A stretch of DNA of 62,109 nt, counting the filler, from Platydemus manokwari (Eukaryota), in NCBI GenBank assembly GCA_037951405.1. It is 5 parts of 5 records of this genome, joined end to end, with 100 filler letters (N's around TTAATTAATTAA, not from the genome) between each part and the next. Parts side by side here need not be neighbours in the genome. Positions count along the whole stretch, not along the records: positions 50,170 to 62,109 come from JBBMOY010313336.1; 4 more parts are not named here. One strand, written 5' to 3'. Of this stretch, positions 54,427 through 62,109 are shown in pieces. The position numbers and the translations under genes are program-made. A model generated the notes under the pieces. That model was not told the origin of the DNA. It saw only the letters and a program-made list of their open reading frames with translations, and made no database searches. Position 1 is the first letter of the stretch. Every line of letters begins with the position of its first letter.

Positions 54427-55520
54427 GTGATGTTAATCTTGGCTCAGTTTCTGAATAGCGACTGCCAATAGAATGACTTCACAATAGCGATTTTAATAAA
54501 ACATAGTCTGTCACAATAGCGACCACGTGGTAGCGATTGTATTACAAGAGCTATTGTCATAACAGGGACATACTTTCAAATTTTGATTTAAGTGAACTAA
54601 GCAGATTAGTAAACGAAGGTTTCGGCAATGGACAAATTGCCAATAAATTAGGTGTTTCTGAATATTGTATAAGACAAAACCGAAAAAATTTAAGTGTTAA
54701 GGTATCTACAAATATTGGAAGGTACCATGTATACAAACGAAAAGAAAAGGAACAAGCCGATTACCGCAATATGTATGTGACGAATTTGAAAACGATGATC
54801 TCAATACTGTTTTTGTGAGAGAAAAATTTGAAAAAATTATGTTGTCATCGTTTATTAGAAAAAGGTTAAACACTCTATTGAACTTATCTCACAAAATGAT
54901 CACAAACATGTAGACAGAAACAAGTAAAAATTAACTATCTAACGAAATTTATGCGACCTTTGAATATACTTTATTCTAAAATTATCTCAAAAAGTGGTAC
55001 AACTAAGCTCGTAGATACCAACTCGAAAATACAAGCAAATGAAACAAAGCATGGACCTTGCAAGCACAAATATCTCATTTTGTCCGGTTGATAATAAAGT
55101 GGCCAATGTTACAGTCACCGTTATATACAGTCGTCATTATGACAGTCACTACTGTGCCAGAAGTTGTCTTATTAAAATCGCTATTGCGAAGTCGCTTTAT
55201 TAACAGCCACAGTTCTTACAGTAGCTCTCCGGCGCGGATCCTATTAATCTTGTTGAATTATGTATGAAAGTACTCAAGCGTGGTATGACATCGCAAGCTC
55301 TTTTGATTGTTCGGTAACTCGGTTTTTTTTAATTTTTAATTAATTTTTTATTTTTAATTGATTTTTCTGATGAATCATTTATTTTGGTCTTTCTTGAAAA
55401 CATTTCATCGTGTTCTTATTTTCAGATCCCTTTTGTCAAAGTTCAATACAATGTACCTGCTGTACTTATAATTACCGTACAGCAACGATATTTATGATGG
55501 ACTTAAAAATTACTAATAGA
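54427..55520 (+). pseudogene. Exon split by the Mutator-like insertion, plus a decayed downstream exon
   Basis: Removing the element and one TSD restores AG|GDVNLVELCMKVLKRGMTSQALLIVR|GTAACT. The next acceptor at 55425 is in matching phase, but that exon has stops. Confidence 0.45.
54441..55241. mobile_element. Mutator/Foldback-like non-autonomous DNA transposon with an HTH remnant
   Basis: GG...CC termini; 10-bp TSD TGTTAATCTT/TATTAATCTT; ~130-bp TIRs built of ~15-bp AATAGCGACTGTCAC-like subrepeats; internal GFGNGQIANKLGVSEYCIRQNRK helix-turn-helix-like peptide. Confidence 0.75.
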
Positions 55521-56249
55521 CACGATTCGGATGATTAATTCCAATACTAGACAACAACAAGAAGGCAAAAAAAACACTCTTAAAAATCCATTTCAATTAT
55601 TGTTGAATCGATAAAATATTCTATCATTGATCTCACTGAAACAAATGGGTTTTCCTTTGCAAAAATCATTTCAGCTTAATCTCTTTAATCTTTCTCTTCT
55701 AGTGAAAAAAATCATCAGAGTAAATTAAATATCTCCAAATGAGAATAAATTACCTTTTACGTCTAAATGGTAAATTAATTTACAAAATCAAAGATAACGA
55801 TATTATCTGCAATAAAATCGAAAATCTACTCGAATTCGCTGAACGCCATTTATTCGCTACGATATTCTCACCTCCCTCTCAAACAACACTGCAATATTGT
55901 GAACATTTTATTTCAGAATAGAAATAAATCGATATTATCAGAACAATCGAACATGAAATGGAATTTTCGATAATGATTTATTATATTTATTATGTTAGCA
56001 AATTCTATTTAGCATCGATGCCAGTTATTATTTTAGGTTTGTTTCGGTCATGGATAGAAACAGAAAATAGAAACAGTTTTTATCAATTATATAATGACAA
56101 AATATTATTATTATTATTCAAGCTATTGTGAATTTTATTACTGTGAAGGTTGTGAGAGTTAGTTTCAGTAGCCATTTCAACACCGATAAACCGGTTTCAA
56201 AGCTCTTTCTTGTTTATCAGCATGGAAACATGACTTCGAATATAAAATA

Positions 56250-56809
56250 TGTTGGTTGCATCAAAAAGCAATCAAAGGATCACAAGAATCAAGGAAAAAC
56301 CGTAAAAATGGTCAATACACAGAAATTCGATAAACACACATGACTTTAATCAATCAGATTCATTCTAATGTAAATCCATAATTAGAAGCTAAGAATCGAT
56401 AGGCACATAGATAAAAATGGCAGCAAGCTCAAATATTCGCCAAATGACACGAGAGATTCGAGGAAAATATCAAATAAATCAATTGACAAGCAAGTTTAGC
56501 GAAAATAAAACGAAGATTCGTGACATCAAGCAGATACACCCGATAGGTCTATAAAAGATGTTGAATTCCATGTATTGCTGCCAGTCTGTTTTGGTCGGTA
56601 ACTTCAGTACTTAGCTTATGTGTGATTTTAGTAATCAATCTTTTTGATTACTTTCTATTCTGTTTTTGATCTCCGGATACTAATCCAGTCTTGAATGATT
56701 TTCTTTGTGAATTGAGTAGAGATTTGTTGTTGTCGTTGTTGACACTTTGAATGTAGTATTCCAGTTAATACAAATTTTCAGATTTAGATAGTTATATGAT
56801 AACCCAACA
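56250..56809 (+). mobile_element. Solo LTR (560 bp)
   Basis: TGTTG...CAACA; TSD AATA/AATG; homologous to 14550-15102. Confidence 0.8.
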
Positions 56810-57286
56810 AATGTTATTCATTTTTAATTGGATCATTATTCAGTGATGACTGTAAGCCGTTACTATTTTATAAAGCGCACATTGAAAACTGAAAAGTCAC
56901 GATAATATAATCTTTATATTTCTACCTCCTCTTCTATGCTTCTTTATCATATTCATTCCCAGAATCTAATCCAAATGCATGATCACCATGTTAGCCACCA
57001 ATATTTAATAAAGCACGATTTGAAAACAAACTGAAACAAAATAATATTTCATAAAAGTATCATTTTATGATTAAGAATGGAAATAAATAAGATTGGAAAA
57101 GTCGTGGATTTGTACGTGGATTCACATGTACGAGGAAAATACAGAACAAATCAAAAATATTATAAAATTTATTTCCTTGCTGGATTGAGTGAGATTTTTT
57201 GAAACTCAAAGATGAGAAAATATCGATAAATTGAAAAGAGGAAATTTGTAAAATCTAAGGTACGTGACAATTTCAAAAATACATAT

Positions 57287-57848
57287 TGTTGGGTAGGTCA
57301 CAAAATCAGCCAAAATGTTTACAGGAACCAAGGAAATAACACTGAGAAAGATTGATTCTCACAGATCCGATAAACGCACTTGTCAACTGCCAATAGAATT
57401 CTTTGTAATATTAATCCATATTTAGAAGTTAAAAATCGACTGGAGTATACAAAGAAATCGCAACAAACTCAGATGGCACAAGATAATATGCAAGGTAAAT
57501 TAGTAGCTCATCTATATTCCAACGAATTCAGCAAATGAAAAACGAAGCACCAAGACATAAAACAGACACATGCAATAAGACTATAAAGGACGTTGGATTC
57601 CATGTATAACGGCCAGTCTTGTTTGGTTGGTAATCCGTGTTCTATTCTTGACTTTTACGTGATTTTCAGCAGAAAATCTCTTTGGTTTTTTCGTTACTAT
57701 GTTAGACTTTTGGATACTGATCCCGTTTTGTATGATAATTTTTTATTGAATTGTGACACGATTTTAACCACATCTCTTCATAAATTGAGCTTATGATATT
57801 GTAGTTTGAATTAAAATGTTCAGGTATTAGTGTTGTTTGTGCCCAACA
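57287..57848 (+). mobile_element. Solo LTR (562 bp)
   Basis: TGTTG...CAACA with a perfect ATAT TSD; homologous to 14550-15102. Confidence 0.85.
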
Positions 57849-58529
57849 ATATCATGAAATGAATTAAGAATAAATATCAAAAAGCAACGAATTTTCTAAA
57901 TTTGATAAAAATCGAAAATAACTGTAATAGTTTTTTATAATTTTTTAACTCGAAATAAAACTTCATCACAAATCTTACAACCAAAGCATTGTTTGAAAAA
58001 TGAAGTCATGAATAATAGAAGCATGATGGCTTTAAGGAAGCAATGCATTATATATTCCAATCAATAATAAACTGTGGAATACTTATAAGGTTATTAAAAA
58101 AATTAATAAAACGTTTGCAAAATTGATAAAGCTCATTAAAGGAATTGGAAGATATTTGAGAATTCCGTATGGATCAAAAACACTTCAAGATACTGGTATG
58201 ATGCCAAGGAGTTTCATAAGTTTATATAATTATGCTCGTTCCTAATAGTCTTGAGGAATTTCACAAAATGTTTTTTGTGGACTCATTTTGTTTTAATAAC
58301 GTTACAAATATCAATATATAGGAAACTAGGTTAAAAATCAAGCAGCATAAACCACTCTAATTCCTACGCTTCCCCGACTGAAAAGTAAGTCGTCTTTAAC
58401 GATTTAATGACCAATCATAAATCATAAAATGTAATTCAGACATCCACATTATTTTCATGACATGGTTAGAGGTGATATTTGAAATGAGTTCCTGAATAAT
58501 ATGGTTGTCCCATTTCGAAGTTGGCACAA

Positions 58530-58680
58530 TTTAGACGAGATTCAGGCTTAATATAAGGATGGTGGTTTCGCATCACTGATCTTTCGATCAAGTACATTAT
58601 CTTATTAATAAGTAATATCATTAATAAGTAACCTCAACCTGTCTCATGACGATCTAAACCCAGCCCACTTTTCCTACTAG
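58530..58680 (-). pseudogene. Decayed 28S rRNA 3'-region fragment
   Basis: The minus strand CTAGTAGGAAAAGTGGGCTGGGTTTAGATCGTCATGAGACAGGTT matches 28S CTAATAGGGAACGTGAGCTGGGTTTAGACCGTCGTGAGACAGGTT. A GCGAAACCACCATC...CTGAA...CTAA block follows. Confidence 0.85.
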
Positions 58681-60539
58681 AAAGTAAAATCATTATCAAA
58701 ATGTAAGAGTTTTATTTTTATTAGATCATAATTAAAATCAATAAATTATCTCTCTATTGACATTCACCCATAAATTATGCAGTGTCAAGTCAGGAAATCG
58801 ATATGAAATCGATATGATATCCTCATAATTTAGAAAATTAGAAAATCCTAAATATTTACAAGCATGGGATAGCGTCACAAATGCCATCATGCGGTTTAAG
58901 TATCGTTTGTTTTAAAATGAAAGTTATTGTATCTGGCATGTAAATTTTAATTCACAACTCGTCACAGATGGTGATTATAATAATTTTCTGATAATTACTG
59001 AATCATGCTAATATCCTTGAGGACAAGTCCTTTGAATAACACATGAAAATCCAAGATATCGATAAAACTTTTGTGTTAATATGGTAAATATTTGGGGAAA
59101 ATAATTGTGGAACTGGACTGATAGCATCAATGACAATGTAATTCGATGATAGATATGTTCTAAAGACATTTTTACTCTATTGGATAATAATATTTGAACT
59201 TCAGGATCTTTAAAATTACTTATAATATCGAATTTGGAAGAGTTTTAAGCAAATCACGAATATGAACACATTGCAACTCGTGCTTTGATAATTTACATAC
59301 ATTCCTGACTACGCAGTAATACAAACATAATAATAATGAATATAATAATGATAATAATTATGATAGTAATAATAGTGTTAGATAACGATGTAATATCATT
59401 CGATCCAAACTAATTTCATATATTATTAATATCAAAGAAAAGTTTTTTTGGTTTCTATATTCTGCATATTTTGTATTATACAAGAAGTTTCTGATCTCAA
59501 TTTGATGTAATAAATAACTTTATAACGGTACATATCAAATGATTGGCTGATCTCAGTTATAATGAATCAATAAATTCAATAGGAATTCAGAAAATAAGAA
59601 CAACGAATAAAAGTCGAGCACACGCAACACACATATACTTCAAACTATATTTTATGTTTACTGACAGTTGAAACCAGTGAAGAGATTTGGTAAGTCAGTT
59701 ATGGTTATCATGGCTGCAAATCAATAAACGTTAGAATCGTAACCTCCGCCTTATTTATTCAATAATAGTATAAATTTTAAAAATAAATAATATCTTTTTA
59801 CTGGGTTGCATTTTATTCCCAAATCGGCATATCCTCCAAAATCGCAATTATTTTTGAAATTATTAGATTACACAAGAATTTCATTAAAAATATTTATTTC
59901 CCTGGATATCAAGCCATCACTAAAATAAAATTTTAATTAAATAAACGCCAACTTATAAATATATAATTAAATGGTATTCTTTTCTATTATCAATAAATCA
60001 ATATTTCAATCTATTCCTTTAATCATATTTCGTTTAAAATTTGATGTCGTTATAATGATATATTATAATTAAAAATTAAAATTTCAAATGAAATATTAAA
60101 ATTGTAATTAAATGTTGTGAGGAAGAGTGCGGATTTGTGCAAATTTTTTATCAATATTGTTAGCCGCTACTATTTTAAAAACCACATATCAAGAACGAGC
60201 TGAAAAGTCAAGATATCATCAATCTATTTAAATACAAATAAATTTAATTTTATATAAATATGATTTGATATAAAATAAGAATTACGTTTGAATAAAATTT
60301 TAATTAAATTTGAACTAAATGTGAATTAAAAATTGTTTTGAATGAAATCTGATTTTAAAATGTAATTCATATAAAATTCAATTCATTGAAAATATCTCAC
60401 AAATATCCTTAACGATGACTGCATCAACATTCATTTAAAAACCACATTGTGTTTCTAATGTTATTATAAAAAATTTTATGAAGGAGATTTCATAAATATT
60501 TTATTATTTGCACTGATTTATTCAACAAACATTCTTTCT

Positions 60540-61091
60540 AGTCCTCAAGATTTTTCATAGACAAAAGAGAAGGAAGTATCGAGCATTTTCAGCATATTTC
60601 ATATTTCAATGCCGCATGACTGATGCCTTCCATTTTCTTATTAGGGTATATGTTTTAACTTTAACACCGGCACTACCATTGAAATATAATCGATAATAAA
60701 TATTTAAACTTTCAACATAGATAGTGAAAATTTAGAAATAAAATTAAAAACTTTTAAAACAGATATAGTTACTATAAATAAAATAAAAGGAGTATGTTGT
60801 ATAAGTCATAAAACATCCAATATATCACTGGAACCATGGAAATAACCCACCATAGATAGATACAAAGATTCAATATGCGCACGTGCCGATAGCCAATCAG
60901 ATATCTTCTAGATATTAATTCGTATTTAGAAATCAATAATCGATTCGCGTATACCACGAATGGCAACAACATCGAAATTAACCAATATCATGCAAGATGT
61001 AAGATAAATTGCTAACATAACGATATATGAACGAGTTTATCAAATGAAAAGCAAAGCTCTGGGACATCAAGTGGACGCACACAATGAGCCT
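60540..61091 (-). pseudogene. Probable rhodopsin-family GPCR pseudogene (TM3-TM4, possibly TM5)
   Basis: From acceptor CATTTCAG a single frame reads ...SLC*QFILHLA*YWLISMLLPFVVYANR...RILNLCIYLWWVISMVPVIYWMFY. Both stops are one change from TGG. The Cys-TM3-R and TM4 Trp/Pro pattern is GPCR-like. Confidence 0.5.
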
Positions 61092-62109
61092 CTGAAATGA
61101 GTTCTATTTTACGAATAACTACAAGTCCGTTTTATTAGATGACCTTCTTTTCGTTCAATGACTTTTGTGTCATTTTTCTGACAACCCATCTTCTTGGTTG
61201 TCTTCTATTCTGTATTTGGCTTTCAAGTGCTGAAACCGTTTTAAGTGATAATTGATTATTGTGTTGTATTATCATTTTATTTGTACCTACTGACGAGGCG
61301 ATACTGTGATTCTTTAGAGGTTGAAAAATAATTTTTCGAAATGAAATTTTAAAATTAAATTACTTGATTAAGGATGTCTGAGTATGTTATTGATTTATCT
61401 GTTTTTGATAATTTTTGACTGCTGGTTACATGATAGCTAAATCGGTCAATATCATATAATTTTTACACATCTAATTATTCAATAAAATGAACAAGAAAGT
61501 CACAAATTATTGAATAAAATCATTTTATTTTATTAATATTTATTTTATTAAATTTCATTGAGATCATCTGATTATAAAATAAATCCATACTCATATTTAA
61601 TCGACTTAAATCGACGTCTTTGTTATGCGCTCACTGTTACAATGTCTTCATTCTTAATGTCATATTCTTTTTATTCCATCAAAGCACACGGCAATTGTTT
61701 CCGATTTTACAAGATTTTCCACCGATTCTCTAAATTTTTTTGGAGTCGCTAACAAACATAAATTTAGATTATCTCCAGTCAAATGACAGACGTCAAGGAA
61801 AACGGGGATTCTCCACAAAGACTATTCCAAATCAATGGTTGGGTTATTATTAAAAACAATTACGGTTTGTCGGTCAGTGAGAGGAAAAATCTGACGAACA
61901 AATAGATTGAAATCTCATTCGGAAAATTAAGCCACAACTAGCGACAACCTAATTAAAATGCATACAACAGTAGATTCACATGTATACAATAATGCTTCTA
62001 TATAGCATTCACAACACCATTTTTCTTAGTGGAATTGATATATTCTTATAGGTGAGTATATTTTTCATCTTGGACCTCCTTCGTTCTTGTATTTTCTAAA
62101 AATGGTATG

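Overview
Very AT-rich, intron-containing eukaryotic DNA. A triclad flatworm is my inference from the look of the 18S remnant and the repeat types; it is not proven. The window is five contigs joined by 100-nt N/TTAATTAATTAA linkers, so adjacency across gaps is unverified. Most ORF-track calls are spurious. Splice-aware reading gives: (1) a complete six-exon, 207-aa single-pass membrane protein whose signal peptide core is a (TTA)9 microsatellite and which needs a 25-nt micro-exon and a 28-nt intron; (2) one exon of a CG9801-type PP2C-like gene; (3) ZDHHC5/8 palmitoyltransferase exons, the first preceded by a U12-type branch point; (4) an orphan terminal exon; (5) an intronless membrane protein with two TSP1-like repeats; (6) a duplicated and inverted cluster of small secreted cationic CX3C cysteine-rich peptide genes and pseudogenes, the best candidate for an undescribed system; (7) a probable GPCR pseudogene. 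Mobile and decayed DNA includes solo LTRs (TG...CA, 4-bp TSD), a gag remnant, three Tc1/mariner derivatives, a Mutator/Foldback-like element that splits an exon, a 5'-truncated RLE-type non-LTR retrotransposon, and decayed 18S and 28S rRNA fragments. All calls were made by eye; no database search was run.
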